Shown here piece after piece: positions 11,878 to 26,698 of a DNA stretch of 64,000 bases (its first letter is position 1; every line of letters begins with the position of its first letter). Origin of the DNA: Lytechinus pictus (Eukaryota); NCBI RefSeq assembly GCF_037042905.1, contig NC_087245.1:29700001-29764000 (forward strand). Reading direction: 5' to 3'. The position numbers and the translations under genes are program-made. The notes beneath the pieces are model-generated. The model was not told where the DNA came from and did not search any database. It saw only the letters and a program-made list of their open reading frames with translations.

Positions 11878-14103
11878 TCTTCACTACAAGTTTGCTATAG
11901 TAGATTAAAACAAGCCCCCCCCCAAAAAAAAAAAAAAAAAAAAAAAAAAAAGGAAATCAACTCAAACTGATATCATTATTTTTGTAAAAAAAATCAAAAA
12001 TAAATGATTTTTTTCAAAAATTACTGATTCATTTTAAAAAATTTATTTCATAGCTATAACATATTATGCAATCAGTTTTGCACTCAACTTGAAAATCAGA
12101 TGATAATCACGAGTGATATTATAACAGAATTCACTTTCATAGACAGGGATGTCACCAAGGTTTTAAAAACTTGTAATATTTTGTGATAAGAATTTTTTAT
12201 CTGTTTTCAGATATGTTAATCAGTGATACATCTTTACATATCAGTGGGTTTTAATGACAGTGCTCTTTGCATAAAAATTTAAAGCACATCTTACTGTATG
12301 TTTCTTTTCACCTGAACTTTTCTTGACAAGAATAAGAAATGAAAAAAGGAAGAGTGTACAGGATGAATAATTTGTGATGCCAGCAGTCAATGGTCTCAAA
12401 AAAAATTCTTTCATATCCTACTATTACCATGTTATGCAACTTCTACTACAATCGAAAGTTGTAAACATGATTTTATAGAAAATTGAACAAAATAATACAA
12501 TTCACAAACCATTATGAAGCTACTTTGAGAAGTGCTAAATGGACAATATCCCAAGCTTAAATCTAAAAGGCAACCACAGCAATTTCCTTATTTGTCACCA
12601 TTAAAGGCTTCTGACACTATATAGAATTTCGATTCTATTTTCCGCTGTTTTGAAATGCCTCTTGACATATTTTCTTCTGTAACAATTCAATTCCTTAGGC
12701 ATTGTAATGGAAGAAGCCTAAAATATCAATGACCTGATCAAAGCAAATGAATCCTACTTTTGGCAGGCATTTGTTCATTGAGTTATGAATGGAAATCACT
12801 ACCCTACTGGACTAAGATCCACCCATGGCAAAACACACTGAACAGTTATCCCATTTGGATTGAAACCTACAAAATATTCCTCATTTCAAACACCTAGGAG
12901 CATGCATTCCAACAAAGTGATTTAACGCCTTACTTATATCACAAGTCTCACAACCCAAATTGGCTGGCTTTATTCGTAACATTAGGATGGAAAGGGTTAA
13001 ATCAGGAGCATACCTCATGGACGCTCTCATTTATGATAGGGTAAATGAGAGGTAGACAGGAGGAGGAGCATATAAAAACAATGAAGACCAAGATAGACAA
13101 AGAAGACATGTGAGTGCATCATTTATCAAAAGGATTGGATTGAATGGATCCTTATAAAGCAAGGATATACATCTATCCAATGACAAGCTTTTATAATAAC
13201 CAACCCCAAAAGTTGGTTAAAATATGAAGTATGAACCAACCAACACCATTATATTTCACATCGAATCCTTTTAAAATGACGCCCAAACTTCCTGAAGCCA
13301 ATCATGACTTTTTTTCTATCATCATTTCAAACTCTATTGAAGTTTCAATAATTGCTGAGCAACAATGTGGTGATTTTCTTTTTTTAGCATTAGGGGTGGG
13401 TAGGGGGGGGGGGCAAACAGAAAGTTCATCTACCTGACGCGCAAGCAATGTGAATAAGCCAAAACATAGAGGCTCATGAGTGAGATAGGAATAGGCCTAC
13501 ACTTAAAAGACACAGTATAAAACTGAAGTGAAGTGCATGCATAACACAATTAAAAACAGTGCTTATTACCCCCAATAAATGCATTTAATTGCCCCACTCT
13601 GGAGTTTTATAGTACCATTATAAAGTTGATAATCTAGGGGGAACTCTTCACTTAAATTTACATGTAGCAAACAAATAACTTGTTTGCTACATTGAAACTG
13701 TTTCTTAAGCATTGACTGTGAGGCTGTGCTGTACAAGAATTGTGTAGAATTAAAAAAAAACATATAGAGCTGTATTTGGACAGCATTCAAATCAAATTGA
13801 AAAAAAATATATAAAATTCAACCACATTAGAAGCATAATGGCATCATATAATCCAGCAAAAATTGTACATTATAATCATGAATGACAAATGAATGATCAG
13901 TTTTTGACAAGATTTCAACTAAATATTGGACCACAAATCATTACCCTCACACCCTTCTAAAAACCAATGAAATGCAAAATTTTCTGCCTTCACACGGCTT
14001 TGGTTCACTCACATGTATTACTAATGAGCAAGCAGTTCTACAGAGATTTTCATTTCTTTACCATTCAAGTAAAAAAAATTATCCAGTAAAAATCAAGGTG
14101 ATT

Positions 14104-14215
14104 ATGACGATGGAGATGGTGTGATGTTGGTATTGATGATGGTGGCAGTGGCGGTGGCGACGACGATGGCTACTACTACTACTACTGTACTACTGCTATT
14201 ACTATTATTATTGCT
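14104..14215. repeat. Mixed trinucleotide low-complexity tract
   Basis: gat/ggt/ggc/tac/tta runs. Confidence 0.7.
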
Positions 14216-14611
14216 TTTGTAAAATCTAACAAAGTTTTTTTTTCTTTTTTCAAAAAGATAAAATCTCCGAGAGCTTGTGATGAAAGAGGAAAAGATTTTA
14301 GAGAAATCATCATCAGCTGTCAGTTTACAAGGCATGTCTTTAAGTACAGAGTATCAGAAAAATAAACATTGTTTAACAATAACAAGTGTTTTGAGTATGT
14401 CTTCAGAAGCACTCTTCCCATCTCAAGTGGGACTTGGGATCAACTAATCCACTTGTGAAAGGTGGACCTTTCCACTTGGACCTTTCCTTCAATCTAGACT
14501 ATTCCCTTGAGGGTCTTCACAGGAATGTGATTTTAAATATATTAAATGAAGATTTAAATGGTGGATAGAGCAGGGAGGATTAATCCCATTGTAAGGTTAT
14601 CTGTCACAATA

Positions 14612-15087
14612 GGTGGTTTCAAACCGCCTCGATCACAAGAATCCCCGTTAAATTACGAGAACTTTTTAAGGCTGAAAAATACCCATTAATTATTCCTGCA
14701 TTCACACCGCCCTGAAACATACCCTTCGGGATAAGTTCCTGAAGTTACGAGCATGCGCAGTATGGTCTGATAAGCAGCAAGGCGCGAAATTCAAAATCAC
14801 TAGCCCAGCAGCAACCCATGCACGGCGCCGCACCCAACGACACGCTGGGCTAAAAGTTCCCGTAATTTGCTTTCAGACCGCCAAAATACCCACGACCTTG
14901 GAAAAATCCCCGCGAAAGTTCTCGTAATTTCGCCAAGTACCTACTATTTATCGGGTATTTTCTTTCGGGGATATTACGCGTAGTTTGCTTTCAGACCGCC
15001 AAAATACCTGGTATTTTCTGATCGGGGTAAATTTCCCGATCAGAGAATACCTGGAACTGGCGAACTTCGAGGCGGTCTGAAACCACC
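14612..15087 (+). mobile_element. Family C MITE with GGTGGTTTCA(A/G)ACCGCCTC TIRs and TA-type flanks
   Basis: TIRs at both ends; internal repeats of ttgctttcagaccgccaaaatacc; near-identical inverted copy at 42340-42812. Confidence 0.85.
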
Positions 15088-15195
15088 TAAAGATTTGTTT
15101 TTGAGGCAACAAAACACAGCCAAAAAAAGATTTTAGAGGCTTAAATACCAGAACAATTCAGATGTTGAGATATGGACAAGCATCTTGAAAAAGAA

Positions 15196-15430
15196 CACTG
15201 TAAAATTCTGGGGTGTCTAAACTGACACCAGTTGGTGTCTCTAAAGGATACCCTGAGGTGTTGCAATTACACTCTAGATATTGATTATAACAGAGCGTTA
15301 AAAGTAACAACCAGAGGTGTTGTAATAACACCCAAAGGCATTGAACTAACACCAAATATTTAACACTGGATTAAAATGGCAAGTGTGGCCCTCTGTGTAT
15401 ACACCAATCAATGCCACAAGTTGTTGCTTG
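15196..15430 (+). mobile_element. CACTG-type MITE, family H2
   Basis: cactgtaaaattctggggtgtctaaactgacaccagttggtgtc...ccctgaggtg; right boundary approximate. Confidence 0.65.
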
Positions 15431-17574
15431 GTAGCGTTATCCCCTTTTTACTCAACATGTCACTGAAAAAGTTGTGAAGTTTCATTATGACAATTGCATT
15501 GTCAAGCTAAGAAAGTTAACCTGAGAGAAAAGAAATGGTCAATATAAGTCACATTATCAACTTAGATTTGAAAGGTCATCAAACATTAACAAGTATTTCT
15601 GAAAAAAAGAGTGGCAAGTATGTCATTCCCCTTATTATTTCTCCTTCAATGATCTTTTGTGTCACAAAAAAATGTTACAAATTTCTCACAATAAGAATTT
15701 ATTGATTAATAGAAATGTCAGCCTGAACAATAAGCATTGACAGGTGCAACAAGTCAAATTTAACAATTGAAATATAGAATTTATTGATTGAATAATACAA
15801 TGAAGTACACACAATACAAATAATCAATGTCACTTTACTGGCTGGAGAGTTTAAAAATCAGGTGCAAACATTTATTTTTCATCTCTGTATCTGATCATGA
15901 GTTTGTAAAAAGACAGCATATGATAAATTAAATCTTTTAAGGCTCGTCATAATAGTCACTTTAGTATCCACCATACTTTTTAAGATGGGTAGCCATAAAG
16001 GCTTTTGTTGAATGGTGTCCTTACTCATTGTAGATCTCAATATTCATTGCAAAACAGGAAAAAGAAGCAACAAAATAGTACAAATGCATCTCCATTTAAA
16101 TTGGATTTCAATACTGATTTATTACACGATTGTCAATTTTTTTTAGAACTTTCCAAAGTAGATCTAGTTTTACTACCTCTGATAGTGCTGTTGAGGTACA
16201 TGTATAATACTTCCACATGAATAAATAACATGATTATTGCACATGAAGTGTTTTGATCATGACAAATTCTAAAATTGATATGTGTATTTCATCCAACTAC
16301 ACAAAAAACATAGACATGCATTGTATGGATGATTTCAAGATTTTCATCTTTAAAATGTCAGTTAGCTACTAGCTACATCTATGCTCTGAAGAGAAATGAA
16401 ATGAAAATACAAATGAAAATGGGAAATCTTCTTTTTTTCAGTACAAAAACAACAATACAACAACAAAAAATGCAAAAAGAAAATAAAGAAGGCCTTCTAT
16501 AGTAAGGACAATAAGATACAATAGCAAATGGAGAATGGGTGAACATCTAAATTGTATTATCATTTACTACGTGTAAGAAAATAAACAAGTGCTGTTCATA
16601 TAAAGAGAAACACGATTTCAAATACAAACGTAAAGATTAGCAGCTAATATTAAAGCTCCTTATTCTCTGACAACATGGATAATATCCTGTATGAATTTTC
16701 TCTACATAGTCATTTTCCATTTTATCTTTCTTTAGTCCATGATAAGTAAGAAAATTTTGCACTTTTTTACATTACATGTATACTGTCTTTATGTCACCAA
16801 AATAGGATAATTTTATGATTATGAACAACAAAAGACAATTGTCATAATTGAGTTTTAAGAATGAAACTGTTATTTGAATTTTTGAAAAAATCACTTTCAA
16901 GAAAACTATATACGTGTAAGCATGTGCATTTTCTGTTACGAACCATATACTGTATGCAATGTAAAATGCTTGATTTCATTCGTCAAAAGTTAAAAACTAT
17001 CTTTAGAAAACATTCATGAAAATCAATATGTCTGTAATAACTGCATGGTTGTTTGTGTTTTCATGCTTAAACACTGATTCCTTGGATACTTCTGGATATA
17101 TTTATACTGACAATACTACTGATGAAAAAGCACCCGATGTATATAAGGAATAGTCGTCTAAATGTTTACACTATAATTAACATGGTCCAATTTTTGATAC
17201 AATTTATAAACTTTACAGTAGTTGTTAAACAATTTACAAAAGCATTAAATTCTTAAACAACAAAAGTATATTTCTAATATTTAATCTTCAATAATTTAAG
17301 CACAATTTTTTTAACCTTCAAACACTTGATTAAACTGTTTTACAACTGCTGTGAAATTTATGATGTAAGCGATGCTGTATACTTTTTTCATTAATACTGT
17401 AAAGGAAAGATGATATTGCTATACATGTACCACTATATGTGACCTTGTGATGATTCTATAGAAAATTAGTTGTATCATCTGTCAGGTAATAGGCTTATAC
17501 CTTGGAGACAGAAGTTTTTATCTCCATGCCTTGATGGGTTTAAGGACTCCAAGAAGTGAGACTTATACTGTTAT

Positions 17575-18104
17575 ACACCGTTCTCACTATACCTTCCTAA
17601 ACTAGTTTAGTGGAAACTAGTTTAACGTGTAATGAGAACGGTCAAAACGATCTTGGAAGGATCTTCCAAACCGGTTCATAAAACGGGGTCTTCTCATTAT
17701 ACTTTCTAAAACTAGTTTAGTGGAAGCCAGTTCAGGGAACCAGTTTGCAAGATCGCTTTGCTAGCATTCTCATTTGATCATCCGAAAGGGGTTGCTAATA
17801 CCACTTCACGTAAAGCGATCTTGTTGCTATGTGAACGCTCTCAGTGGGGGTGACATGTTTCGCGCGAAATTCGAAACCGCAGCGTAGACATTCTACACAG
17901 TGTGTGGAGTAGTGCGCTCAAAGTGTGTTAAAACCAGTTTAACGAGGCAAAGAGATCTTGAAAAATGTATTGCGAGGTGGTTTTCCGAACTGGTTTGAAA
18001 GATCACTTCCAAGACCTCTTCGACCATTCTCATTACACGTTAAACTAGTTTCCACTAAACTATTTTCCAGTAAGTGGAGTTTTAGGTCGGTGATGAACAC
18101 GAGT
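17575..18104. mobile_element. MITE with long subterminal inverted repeats
   Basis: tagtttagtggaaactagtttaacgtgtaatgagaa.ggtc (about 17602-17643) is inverted at about 18023-18062; CpG-rich interior; ends approximate. Confidence 0.75.
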
Positions 18105-18874
18105 CAAACTGTCCTATTGAATATCACAGGCTTTTCATGCAGCAGTATTTCAAAGAAGAAATGCATTAAAAAAATGAATACATTATCTATAGTCAATCTT
18201 AATTAGTAAGTATATAATCAAATATGTCTTTAGAGGTTTACTGTTATCTTTGATAGCCAATCACAGATCAGATTTTTTTTTCATGGTGTTTCTTCAATTT
18301 AGCTTCCCTGTATATTTAGTCTTCTGTCTAATCTTTCATTTGCTGTTGATAGAAAAGTACAACTTGAAAAAAAAAAGAATATGAGCATGTCTATGCATTT
18401 GTTGGTTCCAAACAACTTTTCAAGGTGTACATAATACAGTATATCAATCATTTGAAATGAATAAAACAATGGGTATAATCCCAATGCAACACATATATTT
18501 TGTTCCCCGTACAACATAAAAGATTCAATCAATTCCATTATCTTAATCTGTGTGAACTTATATGCCTCCCACTTTCAAGCCAAAGTCAGAAATTTTGATA
18601 CATGTTTCATTCCAAACATGATTGCATTTAAGATCAGGGTTGATCCAAACGACAGTTCTGAGGAAGCACAAATGCAACATCAAGTCTTGATGTCATTATG
18701 AATTAACGCATTTCCAGTTCGATCACAAGAGAACAATATGATATTGATTTGAAAAAGTGCACACCGTATTAAACTTGACCTCTTCTCGAAGCAAAAATTG
18801 TAGTCACTATTGGTTTAAGCACAGGACCACACGAGTCATTTTACTTCGGTATCAAATTTTTAGTATGAGTGCAA

Positions 18875-18997
18875 CATATACGGTGTTACAAGTTCAACAC
18901 TAGTGTAATTTTAAACTCTAGGGTGTAATTTTCATACCTTTGGGTGTGGGTTTTTCTAGGGACATTCACTGGTGTAAATTTCAACACCCCAGTTTTT
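18875..18997 (-). mobile_element. CACTG-type MITE fragment, family H2, reverse orientation
   Basis: ggtgtaattttcatacctttgggtgtggg...ctggtgtaaatttcaacaccccagttttt is the reverse complement of the H2 left part. Confidence 0.55.
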
Positions 18998-19895
18998 CTA
19001 ATTGGACATTGCACGCACCTAAAAAAAAAGGATTAAGTATATACTCGGTGGAACGGCATTATGAGTGTTAAGGAGTATCTTTAGACACTTTTTCTGAAAA
19101 AATATCCCTTGATCTATTGCAAGACACGTACAGAAAATTACAATCAATTGGAAAAATTTATTGTTACTGTATGCAACATCCAATTCCAAAGACATTATGC
19201 CCAAAAGTTGCAATAAAAATTATGACTGAATACATCAAAAGGAGTATAACAAATTTATTTTGAGAGCCAGTAATATTACACACTCAAAATCAAGTACCTG
19301 CATATCTTCATGTTCCAAGTGATTTAACTTATTCCCAGGGAATTTACCTTGTAATTGTCAAATTGTCAGCACATTTATCACATTCATGCAGCGCCGGTCC
19401 AGGCCAGGGAAAACTGTAAATTAAATTTCAGCTCTTGATGTGAAGGATGAGAGAGATGCAATTATTAAAGACAAGAGATACAAGTAACTCAATGTATTGG
19501 GAGGTTATCCTTGACATTCAATGAATGTTCTCCTGAAAAAAGTCAGTTTAAATATCATAGTCAAAGAGAAGGCATGTCTACAGGATGTGTGAAATGTGAA
19601 TCTAGCCTGCTGATAATGATTCATTTGAAAATGGCATGAAAGGCAGTCATAAATATGATGATTTTATATTTTCATTTATTTATTTTTTGTTTGCTTTTTC
19701 TTCTCATCTGTCCTTATATGATTTATCTGTATCAAAATTTGACTGCTTGGATTTCAGATATAAAGACTCCCTGAATTCATGAATGAATAATGTGGTCTCT
19801 CACATGGTTCTTTAAATTTACTGCGGATAATCTGACACTATTCAATCTGATCAATATTGATTTTACTCACCATATTAAATAAAAGCTTTTACACA

Positions 19896-20297
19896 TTAAA
19901 GATAAATTCCAGTTGTGGGAACGATCTCAAAATGACTTTTTACAGAATTTGATATAATGATCACCAAAGTGTCTGTTTGTACGAATAAAAAATATGTGCC
20001 AAAGGATTCTGGAAGAAATTGTGTAATTGCTGAGAAATAAGCAAAATAAGCGCGGATTTAGTCACTTCCGTCGGGTCTTTATTCCAGCAATAATAATACA
20101 CTGTCCCACGTGTGCCTATCTGTGTTGGCGATCTTCAGTGTGATCGTTTTTTAGCTAGATATTATGATTTCACAAAGTTCAGTTTATGTAACTGTACCAG
20201 ATCTAGATCCACGATGATATATCAATACTTTACCTTGGTTTTACAGACTTTCTCACGAAATCAGTGTTTTACTGCAACTACGTTCATTTAGCTTTAA
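19896..20297. mobile_element. TTAA-flanked MITE (Kolobok-like), family B
   Basis: TTAA|AGATAAATTCCAGTTG ... CAACTACGTTCATTTAGCT|TTAA; CpG-containing interior. Confidence 0.7.
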
Positions 20298-20781
20298 GAT
20301 TATGATGCAGGGGAACGATTACAGTGGGGCTTAGGGCAATTTCACCCTGAAATGTTCAAAAGAGCTATGGAAACTAAAAAAAGGAAGTTGAAAACCCTAT
20401 TCATTGCAATGTTAAAGCTAATCCACAGCTGCAAACCTAGACAGTAAGTTGTAAAAAGTTGACCCTTGAAATAAATTTAAAAAAAATAATTTTGGCCTGG
20501 TATGATATTCAAATAAATAGAAATTATATCAAATAGAAGAATAACACAATTTATATTTGCATCAAATTCGAAATAAAAAAAAACCGTCTGAAATATTTAT
20601 TCTATCCTTTTCCAAAATTATTTTTCAAATGGACTTTCTCTCTCCCTTTCTACTCTTATATTCATTTCTTACAATGCATACAGAATTTAATTTTACCGAT
20701 TGTCCTGTGAAATGAAAATATTCAAAAGGGATTGTTGTGGAGAGGTTAATAAAATATCAATTTTCTACAAATAATACTCAC

Positions 20782-20868
20782 CTCGATTCCCGTGGATTTA
20801 TTCTTAGGCTTTTTGAAAATAATAGCATGATCCATTCTACATAAACTTGAATTCCTCCTAATATACAT
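20782..20868 (-). CDS. Putative alternative first coding exon MYIRRNSSLCRMDHAIIFKKPKNKSTGIE (or starting at Met 20835), ends phase 0
   Basis: Strong donor GAG|GTGAGT at 20781; open frame back to a TAA near 20915; possible acceptor gttgttccag at 20901; local CpG retention. Confidence 0.45.
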
Positions 20869-22577
20869 TCCAAATGATCGACTAAAATCGTACCACCACT
20901 CTGGAACAACCAATTAATGTAATGATGGTGAGATAGGTCTTTACATTGTCCGTATTCTCAGATAAGATGATAAGCTGCAAGTGTACAAATGATGCCATAA
21001 AAATAATCTTGGCGTGGCTCATAAAACTAACTCCATCCAGACTCCTTTAGTATAACCTTCGATGGTGGAATTCACATGGTTTCTAGGTCTACTGATATAA
21101 TCTCGATCAAAGAAGGAAGTCATGTTCTTCAATTAATCTCCATTTGTTCTCAGGAAGTAAGCATGCCAATTCATGTAATCATGATCTGACTAGCTGACAA
21201 TTTTGCAAACACCAAAGATATTCAAAAGATGAAGAAATATACATGAAAATCCTATTACCCAAACGTAAGATAGACACTGCTTCTATATCAATCAAATGTT
21301 ATCACTGTTCCTCAGCCAGTTCTCATCGTCTAGAAGGATCTATATTTAAAATCTACATGCAGAATGGCTTCCAAACAACTAACAGGGAGAGGAACAATCA
21401 AGAGTGAAAAAATCAGCAAATTTAACTCTGGTTCTTGAGTTTTACGACTGGTCCTTTTGTGTCTGTGCATCTAGTGATTCAACAAATTACCCCAAAACAA
21501 AACTGCATTTTCCAGAATGAGAGAATGAAGATGAAAGCAGTGGTTTACCTGGTGCAGACTGCCACTATTATTGGGTGTAGAGTGATATATCAACTTCATA
21601 AAATTAATATGCAATTACATATAAGAAAAAATAACTTTGTAAATGAATCTTATATGATCAACTTTTGCCTGGATATTCCAAATATGGAAGTATAGCAGAG
21701 AAGTGGTTGTGATTCTCAGAGAGAATTTTTGCAAGTTCGAAGTCACCAATAAATTTGTTGATTATTGTACACTTTACTTGACAAGGGCAAAGAAATAATT
21801 GCATAATAATGATATTTCAATTTTAATATCACATTCCATTTTAAGGCTGGAAACTATTGAATTTATATCACATAATAATGGGGAAGGTGTTTGCATACGA
21901 CATCACACATTAAAAAAAAAATTAAACAAAAAATCACAACCCTCTGTTTATTTTTTTGACAGAGTTTTATCATTTTCAATCTGTAATTTTGCTGCTTTTA
22001 TTATTCTCTGAAACCTTTTAAAACAATACACTAATATTGTTATATCATGTGCTGCTGTATATTAAGGCCACTGAAGGGAAACAGAAAATTGGCTACTGGA
22101 GACACATGACCTTTATAGACAGGTTCTTTTAACACTTACCTTTCAAATGGGAGACATGTTTAGTGGCCACTAAGGAAAGGTTTTTTTTTTGCTATAGACA
22201 GGTGACCAATGAGACAGTTTTGATTATATCCTACATGAATTAAATTAGAGCATCATGCGACCAAACACATTCTCACTATTTTGTGATGATGTTGAAAATG
22301 AAACGGCCACTGAAGAAACTATTCCATAATGTCAATGATGCAATCTCTCTGGCGCACCGGTCAGCGAGGTGTCTCTATACTGGGCAAGTCCCGTGAAGAG
22401 ACGTTGCAGGCACAAATCCACCTTCCGCTGAGCGCGTGGCTTCAGGAAAAGTAGGTCAGTCAGCGCAGCGCGTTATCTATATTTTGGTTCAGATTTAAAA
22501 AGGAGGAACTACATGTACAAGAACTATATTATTATAAAGATCTGCTATTCTAACTTATTTAATGTAGGATAAAAATA

Positions 22578-22724
22578 TATACCAGGCCTTTATTTTCGAA
22601 AGTATAGAGGGAATTATTCATCCTCGGTTGTACTGGCATAATTACTATTTTAGCCCCTCGGGAAAAATAGTAATGCCAGTCCAATCTCGGACAAATAATT
22701 CCCGCTATACTAAAGCCTGGTATA
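22578..22724. mobile_element. Small palindromic MITE
   Basis: tataccaggc..agtatag.gggaattatt...actggcat..ttactatttt mirrored by aaaatagtaatgccagt...aataattcccgctatact..gcctggtata. Confidence 0.7.
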
Positions 22725-23611
22725 CTAGTATTTGTATACTATACATGAATACATCTCATAAATACATAAAGAAAATATATATATAGGCCTATGAGGATTG
22801 CATAATGCACTACCGCACTTTGTCTAGAATATCCTTGCAAGCATTCAAGTACGTTTCCAAGCAACGTGTGGGTACATTAGCAATTGCATGATGATTAGTA
22901 CGGCTTCTCCTTGGATATGAAGAAAACAATAAAGCAGTATACATGAAGGCATCAAGATTTGTTTAAAGGTGTGTCGTACGTGTATGTATTTGTGGGACAA
23001 TGAAATAAGACGAACATCAGAACATTATATAACGAGAGTCAAATCAGGGCAAACAAAGAGTGTAGAACATTTGTTATCAATGAAATATCCAAGGTTTGTG
23101 CTCAAGACTAAATCTTCAAGAATGATTTTAACACAGGTATCTCAAATTTAGGCCCGCATTCTAAAAAGCGGTTTACATGTATTTGTACCATGGTACAAAA
23201 CCATATACATAATTATATTCATTCAATCTCATACACTCTGAAAATTAATATCAAATTTAATGCATGTTTTTGGCATAGGGTGCTTGCTAATAAAAGGGAA
23301 ATGCACTCTTAAAAGAGAATCTGCATAAACCATGGTTTTGAAACCTCTTTTTGAGAATATGTATAATTGTACAAAATAATCACAATTGGTTTAGTCAAAT
23401 GCTGTAGAAATAAGGTCGTAGATTTTAAAAGGAGTGTAGCTCTTTAAAATGTTACAAGAAGAAGAAGATTTGTGAAATACATTTCTAAAATGAGACTCAG
23501 GTTAATTTCCAAATGTATAGTTTCACATCTTATGCTGATAGCAAATATCTTTGTTTTTTGAAGAGTGATTTAAGAAGTATTTGGCAAATAAATGCATCAA
23601 AAGAAGATTTT

Positions 23612-23857
23612 CATTATCATCATTATTTTCACCACCTCCTCCACCACCATCATTATGACCATCACCATCATCATCATCACCATCACCATCATCATCATCA
23701 TCATCATCAACATCATCATCATCATCACCACCACCACAACCATCATCATTACCAACACATCATACTAATTATGACCATCATCACCACTATCATCACTATC
23801 ACCACCACCACTACCACCACCACCACCACTATCATCATCATCATAATCGCCATCATT

Positions 23858-23889
<32 letters not shown>

Positions 23890-23890
23890 C
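23612..23890. repeat. (CAT/CAC)n trinucleotide microsatellite
   Basis: About 280 bp of cat/cac triplets; explains the poly-His and poly-Asp ORFs. Confidence 0.95.
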
Positions 23891-24760
23891 CTTCAAAACA
23901 AAGTTTTTTATGATATGTATACGCTTGTAAATCACATGCTCCAAGAACAATGACCCTCAAAATAATTTCAATGACACTGTATACAGCAGACAGCTTAAAG
24001 GAAATTAAGGGACAATGCCAGGAAAATGAAACAGACAAAAACATCATCTTATATACATGTACAAGCATTGGTAAAATTATCTTTCAATATTACCCATCTG
24101 CGGATATGGAAACAAATAACGAGAATATCTGCTTGATTGCATGTAAATTAGTTCTCTTAATCAAGCCTTGAAAGGGAACATAGGCATGATATACAGTAGA
24201 ACACAGCCGACCGCAAAATTTAATTGACAAATATAAACCAACAAATTTTTATGGCCCCAACATTTACCCAAACAATAAAGCAATTAACCTATTAATAAAT
24301 TTTTGATTGAATGGACATAGACAACCAAATCAATGTATTGCCTTGTACTGTAAGGCCTGGATACAAGCACAAGTTTGTTCTAAAAATATGATGCAATAGG
24401 TCTTATAAATACAAGGTCTATGCAGATTTTTTTTTTGGGGGGGTCCTGCTTTAATCCCCCATAGTTGAATATCCCCCCCCCCCCCCCCGTTGGATAAAAA
24501 CCTCATGAGTTTCAAATGTCAATGTACATGTAGTTTTCTTTACACTTTAAAAAGGCAGCTCAATCAAAGTCAGAATATGGTCCTAGGAGTGTGTCAAAGA
24601 AGCAAGTCTCCTACTTCAGATTCTGCATTATGCACTTTGTGAAAACCAAATGTCCATCCCTGCAGGTGAGGAGGAGGGGGTATCACAGACCACCATCATC
24701 CATCATGGGACTGAACTAAACTAACTTAGGCAAAATTTGTGCCATGGCATGGCATGAGAT

Positions 24761-24894
24761 CTGGGGGCTGTTTCATTAAACCTTTAAATAAATTTGCAAT
24801 AACAGTTTAAAAGCTACTGACATCATTCAATCTGATTGGCCGATTGTGATAGAAACAGTGCATTATAATCAAGTCTTAATGAAACAGGACCCTG
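24761..24894. mobile_element. Small C(T/A)GGG-ended MITE
   Basis: ctgggggctgtttcattaa and ttaatgaaacaggaccctg; internal gattggc as in the 11727 element. Confidence 0.55.
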
Positions 24895-25744
24895 AAGATT
24901 TTGTTCAGCATTGCCAAAGCTCAATGCTTTAGATCAATTAGCTATCAATACTGAAAAATATCTTAAAATGTTGTGACACCTGTGGGAATGTTCAGGACTA
25001 GTAGCATCGATATCAGGTTTTTCAAAGCTATAACCATGGAGATGAAAACATGTTATAACTATGGCCTCTCTCTTTTATGACAGCTCATGAACCTATTGGG
25101 CTGGTCACTTACCAGCATATGTTTACCTTGTATGTCACAAAATTTGAACACAATATTTGACCAGTTACACCAACTGAACCATTTAATATGTTTGTACAGC
25201 GTCAATGTTGACCAGCATGTCACTCCAAATTTGTTGGTTTAATATCAATTCCCCTAGGATATGAAAAGGTGCCTGAGGGTGTCAGTTTTTGACACACTTG
25301 ATAGAATTTCTATTCAATGTCGGCCAACTTAAGTTGCAAGTGTGTGAGTGTCTTATTTCCATGATCAAAGGCAAGTTTGTGATGACAAGTGGATATACAT
25401 TTGGTATTATTTTAGAGAAAGAATAGATGAGAGGGAGTGAGTGAGATCATGGGGGAAATAATGATATTGGTTATTTACACATATGAAACATGCATACCCT
25501 TCAGAAAATAAGATCAAGGAGCTCCAATACTAGTCTGCAGATGTACAGACCCTGATTGGATCTTTGATCAACAAATAGGTCTTCACTCGAGACTAGCACA
25601 AACCTTATGCACACCAGTCACTGTGACTTTAGACTGTGTATTCAGAGCACTTTCCACAAGTGAGGGGTTTGCACAGCAAACTTATAGAAGACAGTCATGA
25701 TATCAATGCATTTATTAAATTCATGTGATTAAAAAAAAACAGTA

Positions 25745-25981
25745 CTGTATATATTTGTGCCAAAAAAAAATTGTGAACCCCACCACAAGATGCACTCCTT
25801 CATGCCGCATGTTGAATGTAGACAACAACACTACAATGTTCGGTGAGCCCAGCGAAAAAAACTTTTTTGAATGTAATATTTCATCACCTGACTTCACAAT
25901 TAAATATCTAAAACAAAGCAGAACTTGAACATTTTATATGCTCATTTTCTGGTGGGGTTCACAAACTTTTGAGCAACACTG
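25745..25981. mobile_element. Tc1/mariner-like MITE, left end degenerate
   Basis: Right TIR ggtggggttcacaaacttttgagcaacactg|ta; left ttgtgaaccccacc. Confidence 0.6.
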
Positions 25982-26698
25982 TATTATATGTACATTACAT
26001 CAAGTTGCATAATATTTGCAAGCAATATGATCAAGGAGAACTTTCTGTTTGTAATTTCTTAGATTCTAATCATCAGGCTCACTAATTAGAATATATATGC
26101 ACTGCAGTGTACATATGTATGATGGAATAGCTTGCTTTCTGATAGAGATCTGTTTAATCATCACCTTCACATAGATGTAATAATTTTCCTCCAGAGAGGT
26201 CTTCCAATTATCAAAATTTAATGAGCTCTGTGTAATAAAGTTCTAATGGAAGTTTTATGATATCATCAATATCTCTTTCCCAATGAGTATAATGGAAAAA
26301 CTGTCAGCAGTCAATTCCCATATCATACATCATGGTTCATCAAAGAGTTGACTAACTTCTCGGCTGGTATTCCACGAACATCTGAAAATATGTCTGAAAA
26401 GATGACACAATTTTTACCCTATAAAAACTGGACTGCATAAATTCTAGCACCTCTGAAATTGAATTAACCCTTGGACTAATATTTGCAAACACTGTTGATT
26501 CTTACCCCATTCTGTTATGCCAAACGTCTGGCTCAGCAGGCGTGAAACAAAAAACGGGAGTTCATGTTCGAGAGGTCAAGGGGTGAAATTGAAGTATTAC
26601 CCACTAGTATTCTTTTTTTTTTCTTTGTTTTGTTTTATTCTTTGGGGAGGGGGGTAGTTTCTTGCATAGGTCTATGGTTCTTGGGTGTCTTGTATAGT

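Noticed and set aside
23513..23953. 146-aa poly-His/Thr/Ile ORF and the opposite-strand poly-Asp ORF
   Set aside because: Products of a (CAT/CAC)n microsatellite; I saw no supporting splice context.
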